From assembly GCA_008369845.1 (NCBI GenBank), contig MRSU01011690.1, positions 1-44,315 on the forward strand: a DNA stretch of 44,315 bases. Direction: 5' to 3'. The translations under genes and the position numbers were made by a program. The notes under the pieces are model-generated. The model was not told where the DNA came from. It searched no databases and saw only the letters and a program-made list of their open reading frames with translations. Numbering within the stretch: position 1 is the first letter of the stretch; every line of letters starts with the position of its first letter. The DNA is from Trichomonas gallinae. Taxonomy: Eukaryota. Below, in pieces: positions 25,286 to 35,816 of the stretch.

Positions 25286-25481
25286 TCTATATATTATATT
25301 ACTTCTTATATTATTGTAAATTATATTAAATACCATTTCTATCCCTCAAAATTTTTATTTTTATTTCAAAATCATCCCAGAAACCAATCGAAATCCGATA
25401 AATGGATACTAATTTGTAATGTTATTCATGTTCCTATTCAATTTAATAAAAAATCAAAATATTTTGAATTTTTGAAATGAT

Positions 25482-26599
25482 CTATGTGAAGAGATAAACA
25501 ATCAAAGGTATTTTCAGCAAAATATCGGTAATACATCTTTGGATTCTCATTGTTATGCAGTTTCCAAATTGATTATATGAAATCAAAGTAAATCGAAACA
25601 TCCCATTGCCAATCCAAATGCCAGGAGCGTGTGTGACATTACTCATCATATATTCACTGCTATTAACAAAAGCATAATGATCTGTTATCGAGTCCAAATA
25701 AAAAGTGTCGTGAATTGTCATTTCATCTGGTATTGTTGCGTCATTTGTCAACACGAAACTTGACCCACCACTGCAGCCAGCATTAGAGTAAAAAGAAGCA
25801 AAGCCACCATACCATCCACTTCCTGCACCACAAAAGTCATCAGGATAGGTAATAGAACGCTTAGATCCTTTCGGATGCGATGATGACCCTAATTTAGGTG
25901 ATTCGCCACTTCCGTATGTAAAAAAGTGACTGTTATTTATTTCAAAGTCAGGGTTGTAGCTGCTTTGCCAAAAGCTTTGACCTGTTAGGCCACCACCTGC
26001 TCCACCATTTCCTTCGTTAGGCTGTGTTAAAAAGTCATCACAGCCGCCACCTGCACCAGAGACAAGGACCGAGTGGAAAATGTTGTCCTCGAGGAACATC
26101 AATGATGTTTTTCCTCCTCCTGATGCTGCCCAGTAACCTTTTGGCGACTGCATTGCATAGCCACCTCCACCATATCAGCCTGGGATATATATCCAATCTT
26201 TTTGAAGGTAATCTAGGTAAGTTCCTTGTCCGCCAATCATCAGGTAAGCACGAGTTTCTTTCTTCAAATATAGTGTTGCTGACACGTAGCCTCCTGCACC
26301 AGATGAGTACATATTTGGATAACATTGGCTATTTCCTCTATATTTATGAACAATATCATCATTGCATTTATTTGTTTTTGGGTCGAGATAAGTAGAGCTT
26401 CTAGATGATGATGGTATTCCTCCGCTAGCTCCATATGCTTCAATTTTTATATAAGCCAGGTGATAGAATCAAGCTGTAATCGGTGCAATCAGATGAATTT
26501 TTACAAGGATAAAAGAACTCATAGACATTCTGAAATGAGCTTACTTGAACAGAACCCTTGCTTTTATTAACTAAATCATACTTGATATACAATTAACAT
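25482..26599 (-). pseudogene. Disrupted glycine-rich (ALK/LTK-like Gly-rich domain, 'PE-PGRS-like') gene
   Basis: Manual translation gives ..YEFFYPCKNSSDCTDYSLILSPGLYK / IEAYGASGG..SGAGGYVSATLYL..YLMIGGQG..PG*YGGGG.. continuing in frame into the 223-aa ORF. Lesions: extra base in the T-run at 26444-26448, in-frame TGA at 26175-26177, and a probable frameshift just after the ATG at 26599. Confidence 0.85.
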
Positions 26600-26637
26600 C
26601 TTCACTGATGCTGATTTTAAGGTTAATTTCGCATGAG

Positions 26638-26647
26638 TGTCACTTTT
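26638..26647 (+). promoter_or_regulatory. M2-like core promoter motif (TGTCACTTTT, reverse complement AAAAGTGACA)
   Basis: The same 10-mer occurs at 457-466, 538-547, 27865-27874 and, reversed, at 43785-43794, always upstream of a gene. It matches the described T. vaginalis M2 motif AAAGTGAC. Confidence 0.55.
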
Positions 26648-26692
26648 ATTTTAAGGGCGTGAAATTATTATTAAGGGAGCAAAGACGTTATT

Positions 26693-27244
26693 ATGACTCA
26701 GCAACTTTCTGGTAGATCTGATGGAAACACTACATCAAGATCATCTAGATCGGTCAAACAGCCAGTAATACAACTTTCTGATGAACAAAAACAAGAAATT
26801 CGCGAAGCTTTTGATCAATTCGATACTGATGGTTCAGGATCAATTGATGCTAAGGAGCTCAAAATAGTTATGAGAGCTCTAGGATTTGATTTGTCTAGAG
26901 AAGAAATACGAACACTCATGAGAAAAGTAGTCGGTGGAGAAGCACCAGCTATAGACTTCAATTTGTTTATGCAAATGATGGGTGATATTATACAGAAACG
27001 AGACCCTATCGCAGAAATACAAAAAGCTTTCGAATTATTTGATAAAGATGGAAACGGCTCAATTTCACTTAAAGACTTAAAGGCTGCAACAATAGAACTC
27101 GGAGAAAACCTTACAGATGAAGAAATTAGACTCATGGTTGGTGAAGCTGATCGAGATTTTGATGGAGAAGTAAACTTCAAAGAGTTTGAGCATGTTATGA
27201 GACAGATTGGATTGTGTGGTTCATCCCACGCTGAAAGGAAGTAA
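26693..27244 (+). CDS. CETN: Centrin (caltractin), EF-hand protein
   Basis: [83 protein letters not shown] is the centrin signature. Confidence 0.93.
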   Translation: MTQQLSGRSDGNTTSRSSRSVKQPVIQLSDEQKQEIREAFDQFDTDGSGSIDAKELKIVMRALGFDLSREEIRTLMRKVVGGEAPAIDFNLFMQMMGDIIQKRDPIAEIQKAFELFDKDGNGSISLKDLKAATIELGENLTDEEIRLMVGEADRDFDGEVNFKEFEHVMRQIGLCGSSHAERK

Positions 27245-27991
27245 TTTTTGTCGAATATTTTTAATATTGTTATTTAATAAATCAAATACTGTTAATTTCT
27301 AGCTATAATTAGCTTTGTTTGATATTGTATATTGAGTTTTTCATATTAACAAATCAATCTTGTGAAAATATTATCATTTCATGCAAAACAACATCATATA
27401 GACTAAATTACATCATTGAAACATTCAATGTAGAAGGTGTTGGTTAATCATGCAAAATATTTAGATTTCGATTTCCATAATTTGAGCAAAAAAAGAGATA
27501 TTAGGAAAAAATAAAACTATATTCAGATATAATTTCAAATATAGACATCGAGTCAATCAGTGAGCAAAGACAACTCAGTGAATAATGTAATATCTTGTAT
27601 CCGTAAGACAAATGAGTTAATTTTGGAAATAATATTAATTAACCCATTATATAAATTATACTACATTATTTATTTTATTAAAATATTGGTTAAAAATCGT
27701 AAATTTTGAAATTTTATAAAAATAATATGCTAATTTTGGAAATACAAAAAGAAGATGAAAGATTACATTCTTTATCAGATTTTTATTGATATCATATGAT
27801 TGCAATTTCAAATTTTAATTGTCTAAAATAAACTATTAACGTTGAGATGATTTCTTAAAATCATTGTCACTTTTTGAATTTGATAAGGATAAGGTTAGAA
27901 ATATAATCAAAATTGATATCAAACAACAATCGCATATAATGTACATAATTTAGATGACAAAATCATTTCACACCGTTGGGTCATTTTTTGG

Positions 27992-29611
27992 ATGATTTTG
28001 CTTTCTCTTCTCAACGTTGCTTATCACATTTCAGAAGTGGGAGTCTTCACGAAGCAATTTACCAAGAACATAGATTTTATATTCAGCTTCACAAGCAAAG
28101 AAGACACTGAAACTTGGGCATATTTTCCCAACACAAATGATTTCATGGAAAGTAATAAAAAGTTGGACACTTTGTATAAGGATCCAATAAAATTACAGAT
28201 CACAAGTGAGAAATACCAATCTGAAATATCTTTTATAGTAATTCGAATCAAAAGTTCATGCACACATCTTGATTTCATAATAAATGGTGCCACTACAGTA
28301 ACACCATACAGATACACCACTACTTCCTCAGCGCCTCAGAAAATATGCATGGTTTTTCTCAGCAATGAACAATTAACTTATAAATATGAGATAAATGCAG
28401 ATTCAAGTGATCCAACCATGAATGTATATTCTAAATTGGACATGAATGGCAACTATAACAAATATTGTAATTATTGGCTGACTCCTAAAAATGGGCAGAT
28501 TACCTCGAGTGGATTTATTTTAGATTTCAATCCTACAAATTCAGGCCAGACTGCAGGTGTAAAGGAGATCTTAGGCTCAAGCAGCGAAATTACAGAAATG
28601 TTTCACCCAGATATAAAGAAATCCGTATTTGTTGCAAGTAAATCCATGTATACAAACGTACTCGTATTCCAACGTTACGGAAATCAAGAAATAATTCTTC
28701 AGAAAAATAATGCAACGAAATTATACTTCAAACGTTTCTCATATGCAGTTTTCATCGATCCAGATACAGACATTAATGCACGTGCAGAAACAGGAGAAGT
28801 TTATGGTGATCTTCTCGGAAATACAAAAATTGTTGCACTTTATTTCGCAACAGATGGGTCACTCAAATTAACTTACAACGGACAAAAAGAAAGCCAAAGT
28901 CTCAGGTTTATTACTTTCTTTAATGCTTCAGGATCATGTTATGAAGTAATAACTCTTGTTAAAAGCAGCGATTACAGAATTAAGATGCTTCCAAGCAATG
29001 GTTATTACTGTGTTTACTCAGCACTTTACGATGGTAACATCGAATTGAAATTTGATTCTTATGAAGCCGCTACTTGGAAGCCAGATGGCACCACAGGTCA
29101 TCTAGCAGCCAGAATGTCATCTTCATTCTTCGCGAAACTCTCGGTTGGAGACAGAACAGAAAAGTATATCATCAGCCAAACGGATTATTCAGCTAAAAAC
29201 ACTTTAACAATCCGAAATGCTGAACAAGATTATCTGGCGTATTTCATTGATGGTATCAAAGGCTTTAAGAACATTAATACAGATGAATCAGATTATTATG
29301 GGATGGAAACATGGAAGATTGTGCTGATAGTTATTGCTGTAATTATAATCCTTATCGGTATTTGCTTGTGCACTCTTGTTGGCTATTTAACTTGCTGCGA
29401 GGGCAAATGCAAGAAACAAAAAGAGGATGCACCGAGTGTTTCTCAATCCTCTATAATACCACCTTATGAATCTCCTCCTGCAGAGCCATACCAGCCACAA
29501 ACATATCAACAGCGATTTGATCAGCCATATGACCAACCTTATAACCAACCATATATTCAACCATATCAACCACATGAGCCAGATTCTACAAAATACGATT
29601 TAATTCCTTAA
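27992..29611 (+). CDS. Type I membrane protein with Pro/Tyr/Gln-repeat cytoplasmic tail
   Basis: Short signal MILLSLL, ~430-aa ectodomain, TM WKIVLIVIAVIIILIGICLCTLV, Cys cluster, and tail PPY..(QPY.)n ending YDLIP. Confidence 0.88.
   Translation: MILLSLLNVAYHISEVGVFTKQFTKNIDFIFSFTSKEDTETWAYFPNTNDFMESNKKLDTLYKDPIKLQITSEKYQSEISFIVIRIKSSCTHLDFIINGATTVTPYRYTTTSSAPQKICMVFLSNEQLTYKYEINADSSDPTMNVYSKLDMNGNYNKYCNYWLTPKNGQITSSGFILDFNPTNSGQTAGVKEILGSSSEITEMFHPDIKKSVFVASKSMYTNVLVFQRYGNQEIILQKNNATKLYFKRFSYAVFIDPDTDINARAETGEVYGDLLGNTKIVALYFATDGSLKLTYNGQKESQSLRFITFFNASGSCYEVITLVKSSDYRIKMLPSNGYYCVYSALYDGNIELKFDSYEAATWKPDGTTGHLAARMSSSFFAKLSVGDRTEKYIISQTDYSAKNTLTIRNAEQDYLAYFIDGIKGFKNINTDESDYYGMETWKIVLIVIAVIIILIGICLCTLVGYLTCCEGKCKKQKEDAPSVSQSSIIPPYESPPAEPYQPQTYQQRFDQPYDQPYNQPYIQPYQPHEPDSTKYDLIP
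29519..29571 (+). repeat. Degenerate 12-bp coding tandem repeat (xQPY)
   Basis: GATCAGCCATAT GACCAACCTTAT AACCAACCATAT ATTCAACCATAT encode DQPY DQPY NQPY IQPY. Confidence 0.8.
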
Positions 29612-30735
29612 ACAAACTAATTGCGTTTTTCATGATTTTTTATTTCTTTTTTTGATACATTTGCATCAAACAGCAAATTGAGAAACAAGCATATCTTCCT
29701 ATTACAAGAAGATGTATATCAATGACTATAGAAATGACATTAAAATCACTTCGACCATATAAATGTTGCCTTTTTGGAACACAGAAATGCTTTCAGGCCG
29801 CATTCTTATGACCAATACACGAGTCACCCCTATACTCATCGATTAGCTAAAATAGAATATTAGTACACCTCTTTACAGGAAGCTTTGCAACCAAAAAATA
29901 ATACGCGTATGAATATATAAATATAGATTATTCGAACATTTACCAAAAGCATTAAAACTCAAAAAATAAGTATTTCTTTCATATTACAAGGAACGTTGAA
30001 TCTCAAAATTATATTTGATCAGCGATAATATCTAACTATTATGCATGTAGATTATACATCGACTACATAACTATTCTATGCTTCGTATTGCCAAGATTAT
30101 CGATTTTTATGTTAGATGAAAAAAAGAAGAGCTCCACAATGAATTTTAAAACAAAATTTTAGGGTATTATTCTATAGATTGTGAGGATACTACATCACAA
30201 CATATCTTCAAGGATAAAAAGATTTGTCGGATAAAGAAAATGTAAGAACTTAAAGTGTCAAAAAATATTTGTCGAGACTGTTCGTTTTAGAGAATTTCTT
30301 TGTATTTCATTACTTAGATCGATCATAAACCGAATGCATAAGTAATCGGAAGACTAAATATTTATGTAAATTATTCTCTCACAAATATTTGAATGAGATT
30401 GAACAAAAATGCATTCAAAAAGTTCTACATAGTATAAAGATATTAACAAACACCAGCATAAACTTTCTACGAATTTTGAATAAACAAAAATCTTTTCCAT
30501 TGTAAAATAATTAATCAAAAATAAACTTTAAATAGATGCATGGGTGTTATTTTAAAGCATTTTGAAATTCAATGTTCTAAAAAAAAGTTATTGAAAATTG
30601 TAATGTAAATCATATGACTATAACTTTAAATAACCATTAATAGACTTATTTTCTAATGTTTTATTATCGTCCATTTATTCAAAATTTTCTGCAACCGAAA
30701 ATATCCCACAAATAGATATTATTTTCTCGTAGAAC

Positions 30736-31011
30736 ATGTTCTGCACGTCACTCATCTCACCACTCGCCATGAGAGCATACAATCCAGTTGCAGAAGAGAG
30801 AATACGCAAGTTCAGGAGCCAAAATATACCAATACTCAGCAAAACAGAACAAAAACCAATCTTACCTCCACTTTGCCTCGTAAAGAGATCTTCTCCAGAC
30901 ATTAACCTTCACATGGAAGAGATCGAGTACGAGAAGCTTCCCTCGCTCTACAATTACAAAAATCCAATGCCAAAGGCGATTTCTATCACATCATCTAGCA
31001 GCTCTTTGTAA
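30736..31011 (+). CDS. Small hypothetical protein (LPPL/LPSL motifs)
   Basis: 91-aa ORF with clearly higher GC and coding-like codons than its flanks, containing ILPPL and KLPSL short motifs. No recognisable domain. Confidence 0.55.
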   Translation: MFCTSLISPLAMRAYNPVAEERIRKFRSQNIPILSKTEQKPILPPLCLVKRSSPDINLHMEEIEYEKLPSLYNYKNPMPKAISITSSSSSL

Positions 31012-32942
31012 GAGGTTTGCTTTTTGTTAGAGATGTATTTGTTTATTATTTGTTAGTAAATTAGTCTGTATGAAATCGGCAACTTGCGATGAAATTTATC
31101 AATTTATTTTCCCATCTACCTTTTGAGCTTATATTTCATCGAGTGCGATAATACACCATTGTAAGCATAGATAAAACTCAGTAATTGATCAGTGAAACCC
31201 TTATTTAACGATAAATAAAAATTCCCGGCATATGTTTCATCGAAGAAAGTTTTAATTTCCTTTAATATAACGATGCAGGATTGTCTCCACAGCACAAATT
31301 TCAAATACCCACGGATGTTTCTATTCTCCCCTGTCTTTTTGAAACAGCCCCTATTTATTTTCTCGATGTATATGACATTTTTTACATTTACATGTCAGAA
31401 AAATATTTAGGGGCAAAATATTATAAAAAGGGGAAATATTCATTCGTTTCATTTCATTCCCGAATATCCTTTACACAGCTTTCACTCATATTGACAACAG
31501 ATCCTTGAATATACACAAGCATATTATATCATTTCATGTGCTTATTTGATCAAATATTCTATTAATGAATTTTCCATTGCCTTAATAAAAGCTCGTATAA
31601 TCATCTAACGAATAAATTAACACTAGTACCTTTGAATCCCTCCTTTTTTAACTTCATATCCGATGCAAATTTCGTTCATTTATTTCTTCATTTGATCATA
31701 TCGACTCCAAGTATGTTTCACTTATTACATGATTCATATAATCCAAATTCCAAACGAAGGGAAAATCCAGTTGCTAATGAAAATATTATGATTTCTTCTA
31801 AATTAGAGTTTATCGATCATTTGTAATGTATTGCAATTACATGGGCTAATCTAATCAAATTGACTTACTGTTAGGGCTGAAGAACAAAAAAATTATTTTA
31901 ATCGGGATTATTATGCAATCCAGCTCGAATCAGCCGCTATTTACGGCTGATTGTTTCTTTGTACTTCTTAGTCTTTACCTGGAATTAGAAATTAATAAGA
32001 AATTTTTGAATTTTGAAATGGTATTTTTTTAAATTTAAGTCAAACAACCTAAATTACAAACAAAAATAATAGAAAATAAAGGAATAAATTAGAATATTAC
32101 TACAATATCGCCTGATGCCAGTGTGACTATGTGCATTTGTATCAGTAATCTTAGCAATCTTCGATATTGATCTTCGCGATTGACCAGTGGCTTTGGGGCA
32201 TTGTATCTAGCATTCATATCCGAGTAAACACTCTGTGAGAAACTCATTCTAGATTAATGATTCTATTTCAGAGTAAAATCATATTTACAATTTTTTCAAA
32301 GCTTTACGAAAATTTTTGTCACCTCACTTATAAAATAGTTTTATCTTAATAAATTATTAACTGAGAAAATATTTTTGTCTGAATAAAATCAAAATGGATT
32401 GAAAATTTATCACATTCAATTTTCACTTTAAATTTAGCTGTCGAATTCACAAAATTTTTATGTAATATTGGAAAATTATGCATAAAATCAATTTTTATGT
32501 TGTTTTCCAAAATTTTGAATTTTCCATAAATCTTTTTTGTTAAATTATCGAACTATATAATTTTAAATAGACAAAGGTTTGATTTTCCATTTATAAAATT
32601 TAATCCCATCGCTTGGTTGCAATTTGGATACAATCTAGTCATTGATGGCAAATTATCAGATAAATTTATCATACAGGCCGTATGGAAAGTATAAATTATA
32701 CCAATTATATGATAAAACTAGAATTTCGAAATCATATTTTAAATTTTATGGTAAAACAGCTATGTATTGTATCAGTAGGCTACACATGTTATAAAAACCC
32801 ATACGAAGTTTTAGTTTTAACTTCCTAATTTCAATTTTTTTCGCATTCTACAGTATTATAGCTTGAAACATTAAATATATATTTCATATTCGTAAATATT
32901 TATATTTCGCAGTATTTCAAGTATAAAAACAAAAAATATATT

Positions 32943-33521
32943 TCAGCAGCATTTCTTCTTTGGTTTCCAAGGATCGTTTTCTTTATTGGCCTTAATTTGA
33001 ATAGTTCCAGACTCTTTATCTACAACTTTAACCGGAATCCCCGAAATCGTTTCAAAAATCATATAAACTGAGTAGCCAGTTAATGCGCTACATTCAAGAT
33101 GTGTTACAGCACCAATATTTGTACTAAATCCAACACCTTCTTCGAGAGTTATCGCTCTGCTTTCAGTGATATCACATTTATTTGCAACCACTATTAAATG
33201 AATTGATGGGGCTTGATCTTTTATCAGTTTTACCCAGTCAGATAGTCCTTCAAATGAGCTACGGTCATTAACACTATAAACTAAAACTGCGAAAACGGCA
33301 TTTCTGATGTAATTCGGGGTTAAAGCTCTGTATTGCTCTTGTCCAGCAGTATCCCATATTTGGTACTCATATGTTTTTGATTCTGACTCGTAAGTGTAAT
33401 TTTGCATTGCAACACCAGTTGTCGAGACTTGATATTGATTAAATTCTCCAGTGACAATTCGCGTGATCAAAGAAGTTTTACCAACAGAAGCATTTCCAAC
33501 GAAAACAACTTTGATGCTCAT
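32943..33521 (-). CDS. Rab-family small GTPase
   Basis: GNASVGKTS, STTG, WDTAGQEQYRAL, ANKCD, ECSAL and C-terminal KKKCC. Confidence 0.95.
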   Translation of the reverse strand: MSIKVVFVGNASVGKTSLITRIVTGEFNQYQVSTTGVAMQNYTYESESKTYEYQIWDTAGQEQYRALTPNYIRNAVFAVLVYSVNDRSSFEGLSDWVKLIKDQAPSIHLIVVANKCDITESRAITLEEGVGFSTNIGAVTHLECSALTGYSVYMIFETISGIPVKVVDKESGTIQIKANKENDPWKPKKKCC

Positions 33522-34353
33522 AAATTGAAAAAATAAGAATCAATATCTTTTACACGTCAAAATTTTGTTTACAGAACATATTTTATCAGTCATTAAAATA
33601 TACCACAGTGCTCTAAAATTCACCCATTGTACAGCAAATTGGTACAATTTTTGTTGACAACTTTACATGTCATATTTTTTTACCAAGTGTGATCGTAAGT
33701 TCTTGCTCTAATGGAACAGAATCAGCACAATGAAACTATAGGTATTTTTACTGTAATATTGACAGAAATAATACCTCAGATTTCTAAGAACAAAAAAATA
33801 TTTTTTAGCAGCATTTCTTCCTTTTATCTTATTCCTTTCAAAAATTTTTCCTTCTGCAAAATGTTTTGTGAATACAATGAATGAAAAATACGTTGCATCT
33901 TTTTCAGAAAATTGCTCCACTCCTCTGAAAAAGTTGCAACATATTTTCTAAATATTATTTAAATAGAAGATTATACTTTGATCTATAATATAGACTGCTG
34001 TTAACTCTATCAATTTATATACACGCAGGACTTAACAGAAGGAAATCCATTTGTTTATGTTCATATTTAAATAGTTATTGTTTCAACCAAATATTAAAAT
34101 ATTTCTTGTGTTTTGGAATACAGGTTGAAATGAATCGAATATTACATGGCTGCCATGATATGAGCATCATAACTATTATGCGAACAAAGTTTTTTCTTTG
34201 ATGAAATTGGATTGACTGCATTATATATCTTGCTGCAGATCTTTTTGACATCACGATTATTGTCAAAATAGATAAGTAAAAAAAAAAAAAAAAGAATTAA
34301 GATTCACCCAAACACAACAGAAATTTGCTGTAGTTTTAAGGAAATATTAAAAA

Positions 34354-35256
34354 AAAATCGATAATTCCGCATGTTAGAGCTTCTGGTGAAATGATTATCC
34401 TATCCCATTCTAAAACAAAAAAGGATCTACAAACTGGCCATAAGATATACCTCAGAAGTTCGATTTCAAAAGGCAACTTCACTGGCCAAACCACAGCAGA
34501 TGAGTCACACACATCCCGAGCACACGACGGCTGGATGGTGACTGGTGCTCTTCAAACCAAAATTTACACCGAAGTCAATTGTGATGAGTGTTGCACCACT
34601 GCTGGAGCTCCAACTGAGATCATGAAGTTGGAGAATAATAATAGCAATTTATCTGCCACAGTCGGCAATGCTATTATAATGCGTTCAAATAGCTGCGCAC
34701 AAGTCAAACAAATAGCAGTGCGCTGCATATGTACATGCAGTTTGATGAAACGGATTTGTTGACCTGCAGCTAATTTCGAACAAATTTTTATAATACCAAT
34801 TCCGAAGTTGGATTATAAAATCTTTCGATGCCAATCTCTGATTGACACCGAGAATACCCATGTGAGAGGGATTAATCTAAACAATTAATAGAACTTAAAG
34901 AGTGTTAGACGCGTCTTCTGCACATTGCTAATATGGTAACGAAGCTGCTCGTTGTTCTGAGCAATGCTAGTTTGGCAAGCAGACACCTGACATTAGCATT
35001 GCTCCTGAGGCAATGAAGCAGTCATCACACGTGGATATTGCAAGTTTTGCAGACGCCGATCTGTAAAACAACGGGGTGCTGATTCTCTGCTTAGCAACAC
35101 CGCTGCTGGGTTTTTGTATACAACCCAGTAATACAGAGAGTAACCAAATTTCACAAGGGAAAAATAAGATTTGCAGGGGACTGCAAATCTGCTGTGAATG
35201 GAATCCAAATCTTCTCAAACCCTAACTCATTCTCAGGAAAATGGAATTACGATTTT
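34354..35256 (+). ncRNA. Candidate large (~900 nt) structured RNA of unknown family
   Basis: More than a dozen nested helices found by eye, pairing of the two ends, and G-U pairs that work on the + strand. No family motif recognised and no evidence of expression. Confidence 0.55.
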
Positions 35257-35270
35257 GAAAATAAAAATGA

Positions 35271-35816
35271 TTAAAATTCAATGAATGAGGAGTCCCAGAA
35301 ATCCGTAAATGTGAACTCAATTCCTGGCTCAGATTCTGGGCATAAATCGTTTGTCTGGGGCTGAAATTCCATATCTCCATATTCAAGTCCAGAGAGATCC
35401 CTTCGTTTACAACGGCCTTTAAACAATCCTTTGATTGTTCCCGATTTCCTAACTTCAAGTCCCAAGGGATTATCATCATCATTCTTTAGTGGGCCAGAGA
35501 AGATAATCCGCTTGTTTCTTTCGCGCACATACCTATCATCAGAAGGTAGATAGTCTTTGAATACATCCCAATTATTATTGACAAATAATATTGATGCTTT
35601 TAAACTCCTATAAATGTCGGGATTTGCCACAACTTGGGGGTTCTTATCACAAGTACGCTTAATTAAAGACTTAATCTCGGTGTGTTTCCAATTTTGTTCT
35701 ATAATCAAAAGTTTGTAGGCCGTAAGTGTGTTGATATCGATGCTTTCCTGTGCCAGCTTTGCCCGTTTCCGCTGCACTTGCTGGCGCTTATTGTATATCG
35801 AGTTTCTCTTTTCCAT
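35271..35816 (-). CDS. Hypothetical protein, possibly a divergent relative of 19893..20330
   Basis: 181-aa ORF with basic N-terminus and acidic/aromatic C-terminus. DIYRSLKASILFVNNNWDVFKDYL parallels LARRNRQALLCWFAENWDKVKPII. Confidence 0.65.
   Translation of the reverse strand: MEKRNSIYNKRQQVQRKRAKLAQESIDINTLTAYKLLIIEQNWKHTEIKSLIKRTCDKNPQVVANPDIYRSLKASILFVNNNWDVFKDYLPSDDRYVRERNKRIIFSGPLKNDDDNPLGLEVRKSGTIKGLFKGRCKRRDLSGLEYGDMEFQPQTNDLCPESEPGIEFTFTDFWDSSFIEF

Noticed and set aside
26175..26177. In-frame TGA as possible selenocysteine or readthrough codon
   Set aside because: It falls at a Gly position of PGGYGGGG and the gene carries frameshifts as well, so a simple nonsense mutation is more parsimonious.
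34441..34453. TAAGATATAC resembling the group I intron S element; TGATGA boxes at ~34582 and ~34743 resembling box C or a hammerhead core
   Set aside because: No matching P7 partner, no properly placed terminal box D, and no CUGAUGA..GAAA hammerhead arrangement.
34354..35256. The 14-bp end pairing read as MITE terminal inverted repeats
   Set aside because: No target-site duplication is evident and the interior is multi-branched with strand-specific G-U pairs. Not fully excluded without a copy-number search.
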